The notes: generated from the letters alone by a model not told the origin. A stretch of 64,000 bases of DNA from Nitrosopumilus sp. (GCA_965214775.1 OZ243974.1:1088001-1152000); one strand, 5' to 3'; counted from the stretch's first letter, positions 42,060-53,680 are shown. Numbers and translations: made by a program.

Positions 42060-42642
42060 ATGATCAACGTAGGAATAGACGTACACAAAAAGACATGCGT
42101 TGCGGCAGTAAAGGACGACTCGGGCAAGCTGCTTGAGCGGTCCACGTTTGAGAACAACGTTTTGGCAACAACGAATTTTGCAACAAACCTCAAAAAGGCA
42201 TATCCGGGACAGCTGCCAATCAGGGCAGTATGCGAGTCCACTGACAACTACTGGATTATCGTACACGACACGCTTGAGGACTGCGGGATAGACACCGTGC
42301 TGGTACATCCGGCAAAGGTCAAGGTGATAGCGCACGCCAAGATAAAGGACGACCGCGTGGACGCAAATATACTTGCCGACCTGTTCAGAGCAGACATGCT
42401 GCCAGAGTCGTTTGTGCCTGACAAGCACTACAGGGATCTCAGAATGCTGGGCAGGACCAGAACCGGCAAGACGTCAGAAGCCACCAGGTGCAAGAACAAG
42501 ATACATGCCATACTTGCAAAGTATGACTATGATCTGCACACACACGGCACGTTTACGATTTCTGCCATACAACACATCCAAGACGGGATAAGGATGCCAG
42601 GGATTGACTCGGCAACAGTCCAGATGTACCTTGACGACACTA
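42060..42642 (+). pseudogene. IS110 DEDD recombinase, 3'-truncated (copy 1)
   Basis: VGIDVHK, CEST, KDDRVDA; cut at an IS630-derived MITE. Confidence 0.9.
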
Positions 42643-42721
42643 TAGCAACGGGCAGAAGTCTTTGAGTCAAAGTAGGTCATAACTACACGTAAAAAACCTC
42701 AATTATTTCTGCTCGTTGCTA
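42643..42721. mobile_element. IS630-derived MITE
   Basis: TAGCAACG...CGTTGCTA ends flanked by TA. Confidence 0.88.
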
Positions 42722-42736
42722 TACATCTCCCTCCTC

Positions 42737-43744
42737 TCACTTTATGATGAGGCCCCTTGCAAGCAGCTCCTTTGTACTGCATTTTCTTCTAGATTTTATC
42801 CAGACCCGTTTTCTGTGCAAATATCGGACGTTCTGAAACAGCCAAAACACGCTCTGGAAAACTGTCTTCACGCTGGGATTCTGGGCAACATCCGTCTGCT
42901 CATACTTTGTAAAAGCGACAGAGGTGGAGCCACGCAACAGGTAGTCAAGCTTGATCTTCATCGCGCGCAGTCCGTAGACTGCCAAAAATCCCAGCACTGC
43001 CTTGAGGGATGCTGAGAGCTCAAAGTTGGTGATTTTCATCGACAGCTGGTTTTTGCCGCCATGAAAAGAGATCTCCCGTCCAAGCTTTTTTGTGGTCTGC
43101 CCCCCCAGATGAAAAACGATCGATGATGGAATGGTAAAATTCTCATATCCCAGTATGCACAGCCTCCACCCTAGATCCACGTCTTCAAAAGACGAAAAGA
43201 ATTTCTCGTCGAATCCGCCCAACTGTAGAAAAACGGTCCTGCGCATCAGCATCGAGGCGGCCTTGGCACTGAGCATCTGGCGGGGGTTGGAAATTTTCTC
43301 CTTTGAGCTGAAAGAGACGCCAAGGCAGTCTATGAAATCCCCGCTAGAGTCCACGCCATGATCCGTGTCCAGCAACAGGCTTTGGCACGAGCCCATCTTT
43401 TTGTTGTTTTCTGCCGCAGATACAAGCTCGGCAAGAAAGTCAGAAGCAACCACGGTGTCGTTGTTTAGGAACAGGAGGTACTTGCCGCCGGCGCTGCCGG
43501 CGCCAAGGTTGTTTGGGTACGCAAATCCGAGATTCTTTTCCAGTTTCAGAACCTTTGTCTTGGGATAGTGCCTTTGCACCAGCCGTATGCTGCCGTCCTC
43601 TGATCCGTTGTCCACAAGGATTATCTCGAAATTTGGATACGAATTGCCGTAAATGCTCTCAAAGCAGTTTCTCAGCAGTCTCTCGCCGTTATGGTTCACG
43701 ATTATTATGGAAACCAGCGGGTGGTGGCTTTTGACAGGCATCAT
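42737..43744 (-). CDS. GT2 glycosyltransferase
   Basis: VDNGSEDGS, FLNND, GGFDE.FF..EDVD. Confidence 0.9.
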   Translation of the reverse strand: MMPVKSHHPLVSIIIVNHNGERLLRNCFESIYGNSYPNFEIILVDNGSEDGSIRLVQRHYPKTKVLKLEKNLGFAYPNNLGAGSAGGKYLLFLNNDTVVASDFLAELVSAAENNKKMGSCQSLLLDTDHGVDSSGDFIDCLGVSFSSKEKISNPRQMLSAKAASMLMRRTVFLQLGGFDEKFFSSFEDVDLGWRLCILGYENFTIPSSIVFHLGGQTTKKLGREISFHGGKNQLSMKITNFELSASLKAVLGFLAVYGLRAMKIKLDYLLRGSTSVAFTKYEQTDVAQNPSVKTVFQSVFWLFQNVRYLHRKRVWIKSRRKCSTKELLARGLIIK

Positions 43745-43787
43745 GCAATGCCTTGATCTAGGAATCATAAAATTATTTTGAAAATAA

Positions 43788-44693
43788 TCACCTTGATCTT
43801 CTTATGTTGTTTAGATAAAAGACAAGCAGCCTGTCGATCTGGCCGGCGGGCAGTACTCTTGACAAAAATTCCAGGCCCGAACTCATGAGCTTTTTTGATA
43901 CCGGTTTTTCGCGTCTGAAGCGCTTTAACGCGTCTGCATATCGGAGCCGCTCCTCGGGAATCAGCCTCTGGAGAACGTCGCGGCGAACCTGCTCTGTACG
44001 CAGTAACGAACCGAACACGTGCTGCCTGGACAGCTGCTGGGAATGAACCCTGTATTTTAGCAGCGGCCTGTCAATCAGGTAGAAGCTCATCTGGCCAATC
44101 AATCCGGCCTCTAGGAAAAGCGCATAGTCTACAGATACCGGGTCATCTGGCCGGCGGGAGGAGATGATGCTGCTACCGCCGCATCCCTTGCCAAAAAACT
44201 TGCCGGGAATCAAGCTTGTGTTGACGTTGATCTGTTGTCCGTCAAGCAGCCTGACGTTAAAATCAAAGTTGCTCAGGCAGTTATAGTCGGTCTCAGAAAA
44301 CCTCCGCAGGAATTTGCCGTCTGCGTCGATCATGTCCCAGTTCGAGTATACTATGTAGCTGTCGCCCAATTCGCGGGACTTTGCCACCAGCCTTTCAACT
44401 GTGTAAGGATACATGACGTCGTCCGGAGAGAACCACTTGAACCAGTTTCCGCGCATCCTTTCAATGCCGGTTTGCAGCGCGGAAGCCAGGCCCCTGTTCT
44501 TTTGATCAACTATCGTGATTTTGTCCGAAAAGGTCTTCAGGATGTCCATCGACCCGTCTTGGGAGCCGTCGTTAACTGCTATCACCTCGATGTCGGCATA
44601 GGTCTGATCCAAAACGGAGGACAGTGATTCGGAGAGAAACTTTTCCGAGTTGTATACGGGGATGACAACTGAGACGGTCTGATTGTGGGCCAT
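43788..44693 (-). CDS. GT2 glycosyltransferase
   Basis: VVIPVYN, VNDGSQD, SPDD. Confidence 0.9.
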   Translation of the reverse strand: MAHNQTVSVVIPVYNSEKFLSESLSSVLDQTYADIEVIAVNDGSQDGSMDILKTFSDKITIVDQKNRGLASALQTGIERMRGNWFKWFSPDDVMYPYTVERLVAKSRELGDSYIVYSNWDMIDADGKFLRRFSETDYNCLSNFDFNVRLLDGQQINVNTSLIPGKFFGKGCGGSSIISSRRPDDPVSVDYALFLEAGLIGQMSFYLIDRPLLKYRVHSQQLSRQHVFGSLLRTEQVRRDVLQRLIPEERLRYADALKRFRREKPVSKKLMSSGLEFLSRVLPAGQIDRLLVFYLNNIRRSR

Positions 44694-44724
44694 TGCCGTA
44701 TCTAAAAATATGAATGTTATAATT

Positions 44725-45744
44725 CTAGCCTAGTTTTGACTTGATGTACCTGATGGAATGAACAGGTGACGGATCCATGTCTTCTAAAACCGCCTTGTAG
44801 ACAGAGCAGTAGTCAAGCAGGTAAACAAGGCACATTATTTTTGTCAGGATGCTGCCCTTCTCAGACAGTATCTCGCGATAGCGGATCCGGTTTTCTGCAA
44901 AGTACTGTTTCAGGATTTCCCAGCGCTCTTTTGTGTTTATGTGATCATCGACCCCCCTGATCAGGATGGGCTTGATGCGGGAGCCTTTCTCCCAGGCAAC
45001 GATTCCGTTATGACACATTTCTATTACGTCTTCTACGAATGCATGCATTTTTGCATTCTCCTGCAGCGAGTTCTTGAATCGGATTGCTGCGGCATACATG
45101 CCATAAGGATAATAAATTGCAGGGATCTCTGAGATGAAACCTGCCAAGTCCAGCGAGGGGTTGCTTTTGGTCAAATTTGACGAGGATATTCTCAGTGCGG
45201 TCTCCTCCAGTCTGGAGATGGACTCCAATACGTCTGATGAAGAGACAGGAAGGCAGGATCTCAGCACATTTAGTATGGAATACACGTAGGCGCCAAACGA
45301 TGCCCTTGGAGAATGAATCATGGGAATTTTTTTGTGAATGATGTTGTTTTGAGTACAAAAAGACTCCATTTTGTTTCCAGAGGAGAACGCTATCAGCTTG
45401 CAATGTAACTTGTGGGCGCGTTTAAGAACCGAAAGGGTTTCGATCGTGTTTCCGGAAATGCTGATGCACACCACAAGGGAGTTTTTTGAGATGGTGCTGG
45501 GCAGCACGTATCCCTTTACTACGCTTACATGGATGCTGGTCTTTGACAAGATTGACTCAAAGAGATCCCCTATTGCGCCTGAACCACCCATGCCGGAAAA
45601 TACGATATGCTCTACGCCTTCAAAGTCTACCGTGCCCAAATCCTTCTCGTAGGCATCCCTTGCAGACCTTGGCCATTGGTCATAGGCTTTGCACATCCCG
45701 GATCTGTCTATTTTGTCTAGGGCAGACCTGTCCATGCCAGTCAA
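44725..45744 (-). CDS. Bifunctional phosphoglucose/phosphomannose isomerase (SIS domain)
   Basis: GMGGSG, SISGNT.ET, QENAK, EMCHN. Confidence 0.88.
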   Translation of the reverse strand: MTGMDRSALDKIDRSGMCKAYDQWPRSARDAYEKDLGTVDFEGVEHIVFSGMGGSGAIGDLFESILSKTSIHVSVVKGYVLPSTISKNSLVVCISISGNTIETLSVLKRAHKLHCKLIAFSSGNKMESFCTQNNIIHKKIPMIHSPRASFGAYVYSILNVLRSCLPVSSSDVLESISRLEETALRISSSNLTKSNPSLDLAGFISEIPAIYYPYGMYAAAIRFKNSLQENAKMHAFVEDVIEMCHNGIVAWEKGSRIKPILIRGVDDHINTKERWEILKQYFAENRIRYREILSEKGSILTKIMCLVYLLDYCSVYKAVLEDMDPSPVHSIRYIKSKLG

Positions 45745-46032
45745 ACCATGTGCTTCTCATTTAATTATTACCAAACGTGCCCGGCAAATCCGTGTCCTGC
45801 AAGATGATCTCTTCTTGTGCAAGTCATCATGACAAGCTGCCTGTAGGCAACCAGCAAGTGTAAAACCCCTTTTTGCTATTTTGTTGTGATGGCGCTATAT
45901 CTGGCAGGGGCGCCTTCAGGCGATGATCTGCATGAGTCATCCGTTGCGTTTTTGGCAGGTTTTTTATGCTGTCGTCTGCTGCTGCTAGGTGGATTTAAAG
46001 GGGGTGCATTTCCGTCTACTGAAGAAGGCCAA

Positions 46033-47262
46033 ATGGTGATGACGAGTCGAGGCAAAGCCGTTCTGTATGCGGGTTTTTTGTTTTCATTGGCAATAGCAGT
46101 CATAAGCTCCGTTCCGATAATATTTCCGGCATCGCTTACGCTATCAGGTAGCATAGTTCCGGAAATTCCCCAGGCAGGACCAGACAGATTTGAAACCGGG
46201 GTTTGGTCGGTGCCGTTAATCGTAACTAATGCCGTTGTCTTTGGCCTAGCGTTTTTGCACTTCAGGGGCAAAATTCCGGGGATAACGATTTTTTTTGTCA
46301 GACTCTTTAATTTCGAGATATCAAAAAAGGCCGCCTTTGTAGTCCTAGCAGTTATCCTTGGCGCATACATCTCACTGTCGATAGGGGAGCTCTCGACGGA
46401 GGAAAAATGGGAGGATTATGAAAACCTGAAGAAAACACTGGATGCATGGACGCCGGATTCTGTATCATATGGGTATGAACCGCACGTAACATATGCATTA
46501 ACGGTGGCATCCATGAGAATTTTTGGAAACTATGCGGTATTTCCGTTCATGGCATCGATACTGTTGGTGATACTGACATATTTGTTCACAGTCCAACTGA
46601 CGCAAAAGCGGTTTGCCGGAGTTGTATCAAGCGTTGTCCTGCTTCAAAGCAACATATTTTTGTCATACGACACATCAGTGGCCTATACAAATTTCTGGGC
46701 GTTGTTTTATGTGGCATCCCTGTATCTGGCTAGACGAAAGTGGTTCTTGTCGCCGATATCATTTGTGCTCTCAATTCCGGCCAAAGCATTAACTGCAATG
46801 TTTGCGCCCATGTCGGTTTACTACTATCTGCAAACAGACACTGCAAGATCTAATAAAATCATAATGGCCGGAGCTGTTGTAGCGGTAGTCATCGCAGCGG
46901 CGATTTTGGTATCGGCAGCAGGATTGCCTGCCGGGGACGCAAGAGGCGAGGCATTTAACACATCAGAGTTTTGGATGGGATTTTCTTCCTTTGCCAACCA
47001 GCTAAGATGGGACGGCATCGTGCTGCTGTTTCTGATCCCGCTGATCGTGCTGCTGTTCATATCTTCGATGCGTGGGGTAAAACATGCAAACGCGATTATG
47101 GTGATTATTGCAGGCATGCTGTTCATACCCCCTTTGTTGACGGGGTTTAGCACGCAGACAAACCAGCCCTACAGGTTTGTTCCCCTGGTCGTATTTTTTG
47201 CCATAGGGGTGGGGGTGCTGTTGTCGAGAATTCCTACACCGCGCGAACAAAAGTCCAAATAG
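46033..47262 (+). CDS. Multi-TM protein, GT-C/PMT-like
   Basis: About ten TM helices; acidic EE..ED loop; glycosylation context. Confidence 0.6.
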   Translation: MVMTSRGKAVLYAGFLFSLAIAVISSVPIIFPASLTLSGSIVPEIPQAGPDRFETGVWSVPLIVTNAVVFGLAFLHFRGKIPGITIFFVRLFNFEISKKAAFVVLAVILGAYISLSIGELSTEEKWEDYENLKKTLDAWTPDSVSYGYEPHVTYALTVASMRIFGNYAVFPFMASILLVILTYLFTVQLTQKRFAGVVSSVVLLQSNIFLSYDTSVAYTNFWALFYVASLYLARRKWFLSPISFVLSIPAKALTAMFAPMSVYYYLQTDTARSNKIIMAGAVVAVVIAAAILVSAAGLPAGDARGEAFNTSEFWMGFSSFANQLRWDGIVLLFLIPLIVLLFISSMRGVKHANAIMVIIAGMLFIPPLLTGFSTQTNQPYRFVPLVVFFAIGVGVLLSRIPTPREQKSK

Positions 47263-47674
47263 ATTGCATGGTATCCCCGGGGGAGACGGGATATCCGTCA
47301 TGTGAAAAACGTGCAATGTGTACGCGTTTGCCTTCAACGTTGTCATGCAGGTTGGTGCTGGCAATCACGTCATTGGCGGCAAAGGTTTGCTCTTGAGCTC
47401 TTCTTATCACCTGATACGGCTGGCCGTCAATTGAGATTATGGGTGCAGAACCACGTGACGCCTCAAGATCCAATAATGACTGTAATGCCGGAATGTTAAT
47501 GGTGGTAAATTTGCTTGACTCCAGATACGAAGTCAATACGCCGTCAGAATTTCTTACTGTGGTTTGAACCAAAACAAACATTCCGTCATCTATGTCGGTT
47601 TGATACTGAGAAAATGCAAGGGGGGGCAGTACAAATAATGACAACAGTATCAGAGAGCAGTATGTCAGTTTCAT
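47234..47674 (-). CDS. Secreted hypothetical protein
   Basis: Signal peptide; VQTTVRNSDG.L.SYLE. Confidence 0.65.
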   Translation of the reverse strand: MKLTYCSLILLSLFVLPPLAFSQYQTDIDDGMFVLVQTTVRNSDGVLTSYLESSKFTTINIPALQSLLDLEASRGSAPIISIDGQPYQVIRRAQEQTFAANDVIASTNLHDNVEGKRVHIARFSHDGYPVSPGDTMQSIWTFVRAV

Positions 47675-47731
47675 GGTTTGGTTAGATGCTGGAATTAATT
47701 TAGTCTTTGCCCCAAGGGCAAGATGCCATAT

Positions 47732-48587
47732 ACAGAGCCGTGATCCGAAATTAGAAGCTCGGATCATCTGTCTTCCCAAGTTCCTCGTAAAACCGTTGCA
47801 AATCTGGAACAATTCGGATCAGGCTGCCTGCAGATCCGCATGCAGCCGTCCGCATGCAGCCGTAAGCCGGGTTGCATCTGAGGCCCGATCATATGTGGAC
47901 GACTTGCATACGTCAAGTCAGTTGGCGCCTACAAATGGCAGGCTGCCTGCATGCAAGACTGCCTGGCAAGCGCGCGGAAAAATCCGGGCATCGACAGCCT
48001 CTAATTGAGTCGCCTCTCTTTCCAGTTTGTGTCTTTGCTCGATTTTCTGGCACTTTGTCTGGCTGTATTTTGAGCTGCTTTGTGCAAATCCGTCAGCAAG
48101 TAATCAGAACTCTGATTTTGAATCAACTCCGATGAGGTCAAGGCATTCTTGTCCTTGATTGTTGGCATATGCTGCCTTGCCGGTAGTCATGATATGGTGG
48201 TTGTTTCCTGATTCCACTTATTTGACTCAATCAGTACGTTTTTCTGAATTTCCACCATTTTGCACGCCTGATCTATGTGGCATCTCAGCGGTTTTCAGGA
48301 ATTCCGGCGAATTAGGAAACAACCACCATGACATGTCACCGGGGCTGTCGCCTAATTCATCTATCTAGATCAACCTACACATTTTTCTGAACTTCCGTCC
48401 CTCTTGCACGCCTAGATCCGGATGATACCGTATGGTTTTCAGGAGTTCTGGCAAGTTAGGAGGAGACAACCCTCCCCACATCGCCCCCACATCGCCACCA
48501 GTGCATGCAGTTGAAAACCGAATATTTTTTTGGTGAAATAGGCATGATGTGTCAAAATCATATTCCATTTTTTGATGTTGGCACTAC
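47732..48587. mobile_element. MITE cluster (family L with a B-like insert, GGTTGTTTCCT-ended family K copies, family A)
   Basis: GATCCGAAATTAG, AGGAAACAACC and GCACTAC termini; repeated core TTGCACGCCT also near 21800 (reverse). Confidence 0.65.
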
Positions 48588-48876
48588 ACCACCACCACCA
48601 TATGCGCCAAAACACGATGTCCGTGGAAAGACCCGTAACTGCAACCGGTTTTGGCGGCACACATGATGAGACTGTGAAGGATAAAAAAGGTCGGATTCCT
48701 AGACAAGAAGGGAGATTAAGGAGATGGATACAAAAGATGCTGATGCTGCTGATAGACAATCCAGAAGAGGCGCATGAGAAGATGGGCAAGCACGGGAGAA
48801 AATCTACACATGACAACCGGGACAGCAGGCTGGCAGCAGAAAATCCCGTCGACATCCTCAAAAGTATTAGGTCAAA

Positions 48877-49863
48877 ATGAGCGAATCCAAAGAAAAGCAG
48901 CAGATCAGGGCAGCCTTTATCTACAAGCCGTCGTGGAGATACTATAACAAAAATAACTCCATCAACAACAGGTACTATTTTTTCTTTCACGCCCTGAGAA
49001 GAAACAGGCATCTGCAGATGGGTTATTTTCCCGCAGAACAAAGCTTTGATGCGGCAAAGCTCAGGGGCAGATATGACGTCATACTGTGCACCAACAGCGA
49101 CCTGAGCACGCCCCACTTGGAAAACGTCAAAGAGCTTGACATTCCGGTGATCGCCCATACGCATGATCCCCACCGCATAAAACAGTGGGATCTGATTGGA
49201 TTTCACGAAAAATGGAATATCGACTGCTGTTTCAACTTTATGCCACGGAGCTATTTTTACAAGTACTTTCCAAGCAGTTTCAAGTACAAGACAATAACAT
49301 ACGGCGTTGAGCCCGATTTGCCCAGGACGCCTGCATTCAAGGACAGGACGAAGAATCGAATCCTGCTCACCGGCAGGTTAAGGGAGGTGAAGATCGCGTA
49401 TCTGCTGGCACGCAGCGTTCTCAGACCCATGTCTAACTTTAGTTGGCACCTGTACAAGCTGAGGAGAAAATGCAAAAGCCTGCCATACGTTGACTATGCG
49501 GATGCATGTGTACACGGCGGACATCCGTACTTTGTTGCACACCTGTCACGGTACAGGGCAACCATAGCTGCAACAAGGTACTATCCCACCATCAAGTACT
49601 ACGAGTCCACTGCCTCCGGATGCCTGACATTCATGGAGGTCTCAGAGGAAAACGACTGCGGATATCTGGGATTCCGGGACGGGGAGAGCGCCGTGTTCAT
49701 CGACTCTAAAAATTACAAAAAAAGGTTCGAGGAGTACCTGGCATCTCCGGATGATCCAAAGTGGGAACAGATAGCGGCGCGCGGCAAAAGGCACACGCTG
49801 GAGAACCTCACAAACGACAGGGCGGCCGAATCCCTTGTGGACCTGATGAGGGAGCTGCTTTGA
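48877..49863 (+). CDS. GT-B glycosyltransferase (YkvP/CgeB-like C-terminus)
   Basis: KYYE..ASG, GFRDGE, IAARG motifs. Confidence 0.75.
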   Translation: MSESKEKQQIRAAFIYKPSWRYYNKNNSINNRYYFFFHALRRNRHLQMGYFPAEQSFDAAKLRGRYDVILCTNSDLSTPHLENVKELDIPVIAHTHDPHRIKQWDLIGFHEKWNIDCCFNFMPRSYFYKYFPSSFKYKTITYGVEPDLPRTPAFKDRTKNRILLTGRLREVKIAYLLARSVLRPMSNFSWHLYKLRRKCKSLPYVDYADACVHGGHPYFVAHLSRYRATIAATRYYPTIKYYESTASGCLTFMEVSEENDCGYLGFRDGESAVFIDSKNYKKRFEEYLASPDDPKWEQIAARGKRHTLENLTNDRAAESLVDLMRELL

Positions 49864-50046
49864 GTCTCCGGCCTGCCTTTTTCAGCAGGCTCAAAAGCGC
49901 CGCAAAGTTCCGGGGCTGGAAGGTGATCCAAAATTAGAAACCGAGCGACCCGTCCGTAGATGTTATGCTGCTGCATACCCCACATCTCAGATAATAGGTG
50001 AACGACTTTTCGTACAACATACCGCCCCTGTTTTTTACAAAAGTTT

Positions 50047-50898
50047 ATGAGAGGTTCCACAAGACAAAAACTGTTGGAAAGCATAAAGGAAAATCCCATT
50101 ACATATTCACTAAAGGAAGTTCCAGTTGATACGATTACAGTGTGGGACGAGGTGCAGTCAAGAAAACTGGACAGTACAGACATTGACTCCCTTGCCCGCT
50201 CCATAAAAGAAGAGGGATTGCAGAATCCCCCAATGGTGCAAAGAGGGGGCGGTGCAAACTCATACCTGCTTATGGCAGGACAAAGAAGGCTTGCAGCACT
50301 CAAAAGGCTTGGCTCCAAGACAATTCCTGTCTTGATACTGTCCAAGAACAGCTCGTGCGGCATAGAGGATGCAAAGGCAGTATCAATAATTGAAAACCTG
50401 CACAGAAAGGACATGTCGGCATCCGAGATGTCTGCGTCATGCCGGTTTCTGGCAGAAAAGCTTGGGGTAACAGCTGCATCAAAGGCACTTGGAATTCATC
50501 GCAGCACGTTCCGGGAATACCTCGGATACGGTGCAGTGCCAGACAAGATAAAGAAGATGGTCCCAAAGGCATTGTCCAAAAGAGACGCAATCAGAATATG
50601 CAGGGTCATTACCGTTCCGTCTGAGGCATTGGATACAATTCAACGAATTTCCAGCTATGACAGTGCACAAAAAAAGAGATACATTGATGCATTGGAACAA
50701 CTTGGAAATGCAGCAGAGCATTCTGAAATTCAAAGGCTTGCAAACTCGTTTAGGGCAAGACAAAATGTTTCCCTAAAGTTCTCCAAGAGCCAAGCAAAAG
50801 GGCTGTCCAAACTGTCACGTGAGCAGAATCTGGAACCAGGCGAGCTTGCACAAAAGATTGTCTCAGACTATTTGTCAAGGAGAGGATTTATTAGGTAA
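50047..50898 (+). CDS. ParB/Srx-family protein with HTH and RHH-like C-terminus
   Basis: SIKEEGLQNP, AGQRRL, IIENLHR. Confidence 0.88.
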   Translation: MRGSTRQKLLESIKENPITYSLKEVPVDTITVWDEVQSRKLDSTDIDSLARSIKEEGLQNPPMVQRGGGANSYLLMAGQRRLAALKRLGSKTIPVLILSKNSSCGIEDAKAVSIIENLHRKDMSASEMSASCRFLAEKLGVTAASKALGIHRSTFREYLGYGAVPDKIKKMVPKALSKRDAIRICRVITVPSEALDTIQRISSYDSAQKKRYIDALEQLGNAAEHSEIQRLANSFRARQNVSLKFSKSQAKGLSKLSREQNLEPGELAQKIVSDYLSRRGFIR

Positions 50899-50982
50899 TT
50901 TCTGCTCAAAGGTTACAAATTTTTGTCTCAAGATTATTGAGTTGCATTACGCGAGTTTCCAAGCGGATAAAAAATCTGCTCG

Positions 50983-51092
50983 TAACAACTCGGGCTCTGA
51001 AAGCCGTTCCTGATTTCAGGCACAGATTCATTTTGATCGACATCCATTAGTGGCAAAACTCACGCCTGAACTTCCAGAGTCCGATCAGTTAC
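50983..51092. mobile_element. MITE family D
   Basis: TAACAACTCGGGCTCTG...CAGAGTCCGATCAGTTA. Confidence 0.78.
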
Positions 51093-51180
51093 ATCTGCTC
51101 TTATTCCACAGGCTTGCATAATAACGTGGAACTGATCCCAAAACCTGTAACAATCAATCAATCTTGCCAGAGCATCAGAC

Positions 51181-51298
51181 GTAACAGGTTAGCCCCTGCC
51201 TAGGCAGCAATCAGGCACGAATCTGCTTGCAGTTGTGATTTTCATGCCGAGCCGGCAAGGGATGCAACTCCAACTCTAGGCAGGGGCTAACCTGTTAC
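51181..51298. mobile_element. MITE family F (118 bp)
   Basis: GTAACAGGTTAGCCCCTGCCTAG inverted ends; 8-bp duplication CATCAGAC. Confidence 0.92.
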
Positions 51299-51852
51299 CA
51301 TCAGACCATAACAAGGACAGGTCAACGGCGAGGCTCAGTTTGGCAAGCATGCCTTCATGTTTTATGATGTGTCCAAATTCCAACATTTTACAATGCAGTG
51401 AAAATAGATGTGGGGGCAGAGATTGTTCACACATGTGACATGATGAGGGAGATGTCAACTGATGTGTCATATGGAGAACAATTGGAATACGACATTGAAC
51501 GATTAAACCGCAGCTTCCAATCCGTTCCAGTAAAAATCATAATGATTGAGTCTTGATGTGATGCGTATTGGATTGCAAGGGTTTCTGTAGAAAATATAAA
51601 AAATCCAAAATGCAAATGATACTGCTAGGACTTTGTGCGTATTTGCCAAAAATGACGTAAAAGCTTGCCTGATTTTTTTGATCTGCGCCGATTACGCACA
51701 AGGTCTACTGACTCCAAGTACTATCCCAACTGTGATGTATTTTTGGAATGGAAAGGTGACAGAAGATGCCCATGTTGTGCAAGATATCTAAAACGCAAAT
51801 CCAGACATTCTAAAGACAGGCGCAGACACGAGATTAACCTTGCTTCAAAATA

Positions 51853-52002
51853 CGGCTAGGCGAAAAGTACTCAGCAAGGCAGAAAACCAAGGAATTCAGG
51901 CCGTCTTAACAATACTAGTGTTCAAGGAGTGTATGACGGTTTGTCTCAGGGAGCCCAAACCCCCTCCATAATGTCAGATCTGGGGTACTTTTCGCTTGGC
52001 TG
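51853..52002. mobile_element. 150-bp internal-deletion derivative of the ISH3 type at 58260-59552
   Basis: Both ends plus the last codons VFKECM...REPKPPP; duplication AAATA. Confidence 0.88.
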
Positions 52003-52071
52003 AAATACCCAAAACGAATATGACTTTGATCTGGAGAAAAACTTGGATTTTAGTACACGTTATCTTGAGTG

Positions 52072-52181
52072 CAGCTAAGTGAAAAGTACTAAAAATCGAG
52101 TAAAAACAGAAGCTGGACAGGAGGCACGATGCCTCAATATCAGGACAAAACAACAAGCCTCATTTACTTTTCACTTAGCTG
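52072..52181. mobile_element. 110-bp ISH3-type MITE
   Basis: CAGCTAAGTGAAAAGTA inverted ends; duplication GAGTG. Confidence 0.9.
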
Positions 52182-52476
52182 GAGTGTGCACATCAAAAAA
52201 TGGATCATAGTTTTGGCACATCGTGCCTATTTCACCAAAAAAATGTTCCATTTTCAACTGTGCTCCCTACTCTACTGTCACCCTCTTGCTGCTGTACGAG
52301 TTTACCCCTTAGGCGTCCTGCTATCTGGAACCTTTATGATCACGCCTGACCCGCCGTATCTCAGGTGAGGGGTAAACTCCTACGACGTAGTGCGTGCAGT
52401 TGAAAATGGAACATTTTTTTGGCGAAATAGGCACGATGTATCAAAATCATATTCCATTTTTTGATGTTGGCACTAC
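52182..52476. mobile_element. MITE A (reverse), GTACGAGTTTACCCCT-ended MITE G (52294-52383), MITE A (52387-52476)
   Basis: Inverted termini and family A core. Confidence 0.8.
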
Positions 52477-52567
52477 GCTAGATGTGTCCCAGAGAGAATT
52501 GCCACTCATGAATACTCCGGCTCTGCCACATGTAATCCTTTTTAAAACACGCGCCCAATAATCATTT

Positions 52568-53680
52568 GTGTCCATTCTCAGTAGTTATCATCCAGAAAAC
52601 GTATCCAACCTAGAGATCCTTTTGAACAATCAGAAAAAGAAGGTGGAAATGCTTCGTAGCAAAGTCCGATTACTGAAGTTTGTACCAGTCGATCCTGCCG
52701 GATCGTATACGGCACTAACATTCAAGTCCTTTGACGGGGGAACGTTCAACCTGAATTTTGATCCGTTTGAGTTTGACATAATAGATGTTGCAGATTCAAA
52801 CGGTAACATAAAGCTGAAATTTGCCGCACCCAATGGTGACCTTCAAGGAACAGATGATCTAAGAGGAATAGTGAAAGATCTGGACAAAAACCCCATAATC
52901 AGCAGGTTCTTAGACGTACTGGGAAAGGGCAGTCTGGTTGACATATCTGAAATCCTCACAAACACAGGAACGCTGATGGAACTAGGCGAGCTTGCGTGCA
53001 TATTTGACAAGGTGGCATCAGCTCCTGAAGACGAGAAAACCATAATCCTAAAGGACGGCTTTTTGAGAACAAAAAAACTCAAGGCGGAGCTCATAGCACC
53101 GCTGCTGGATCTGATCAAAAGCAAAAAGAGGCATGTCAAGGTGATTGGTGTTGCAAAGACGTCAAGACTCATGTTTCTTCTAAAGGCCGCAATGATATGT
53201 GAACGGCTGTTTCCAGATGACATGATGGGCTACGTTGAGGTTCCGCTGGACATTGAAAACATGGCGTACCGGTGGAGCGGTCACGGGATGCTTGACCCAA
53301 AAACGGCAGTCCCGCTTGATTATGCCTTTGGAAGCCTGTACATAGCAAAGCTTGCAAGATACAAGAACCTGTTTGTTACAGTGGAGATTCCAAAAGACCT
53401 CAGGCACAACATCCCGATATACACAAACGGAGAGATCAACGAGATCATGGGTCATCTTGCAAAGGATTCTGCCAGCTCATATCCTGTAATCGGATATCCC
53501 CAAACCATAATGAAGGCCCACGAGTTTGCCGCAGGTCTCGGATTGCCGGCATCCATTCTGAGAGACTCCATAATAAGGGGGCTCGTCAAAAACACGGATG
53601 CAGATCTGACAAGGTACGTCCGGGACGCCATATTTCTTGACGAGTCAATAGATAAGGGATCACTGGGTGGAAGGGCATGA
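52568..53680 (+). CDS. NurA-like nuclease
   Basis: SFDGG, LKDG, GVAKTS, GYPQ...AH; ATGA-coupled to the HerA gene. Confidence 0.8.
   Translation: MSILSSYHPENVSNLEILLNNQKKKVEMLRSKVRLLKFVPVDPAGSYTALTFKSFDGGTFNLNFDPFEFDIIDVADSNGNIKLKFAAPNGDLQGTDDLRGIVKDLDKNPIISRFLDVLGKGSLVDISEILTNTGTLMELGELACIFDKVASAPEDEKTIILKDGFLRTKKLKAELIAPLLDLIKSKKRHVKVIGVAKTSRLMFLLKAAMICERLFPDDMMGYVEVPLDIENMAYRWSGHGMLDPKTAVPLDYAFGSLYIAKLARYKNLFVTVEIPKDLRHNIPIYTNGEINEIMGHLAKDSASSYPVIGYPQTIMKAHEFAAGLGLPASILRDSIIRGLVKNTDADLTRYVRDAIFLDESIDKGSLGGRA

Noticed and set aside
51665-51859. Intact zinc-finger gene
   Set aside because: Its start lies inside an H-family MITE; at most a truncated remnant.
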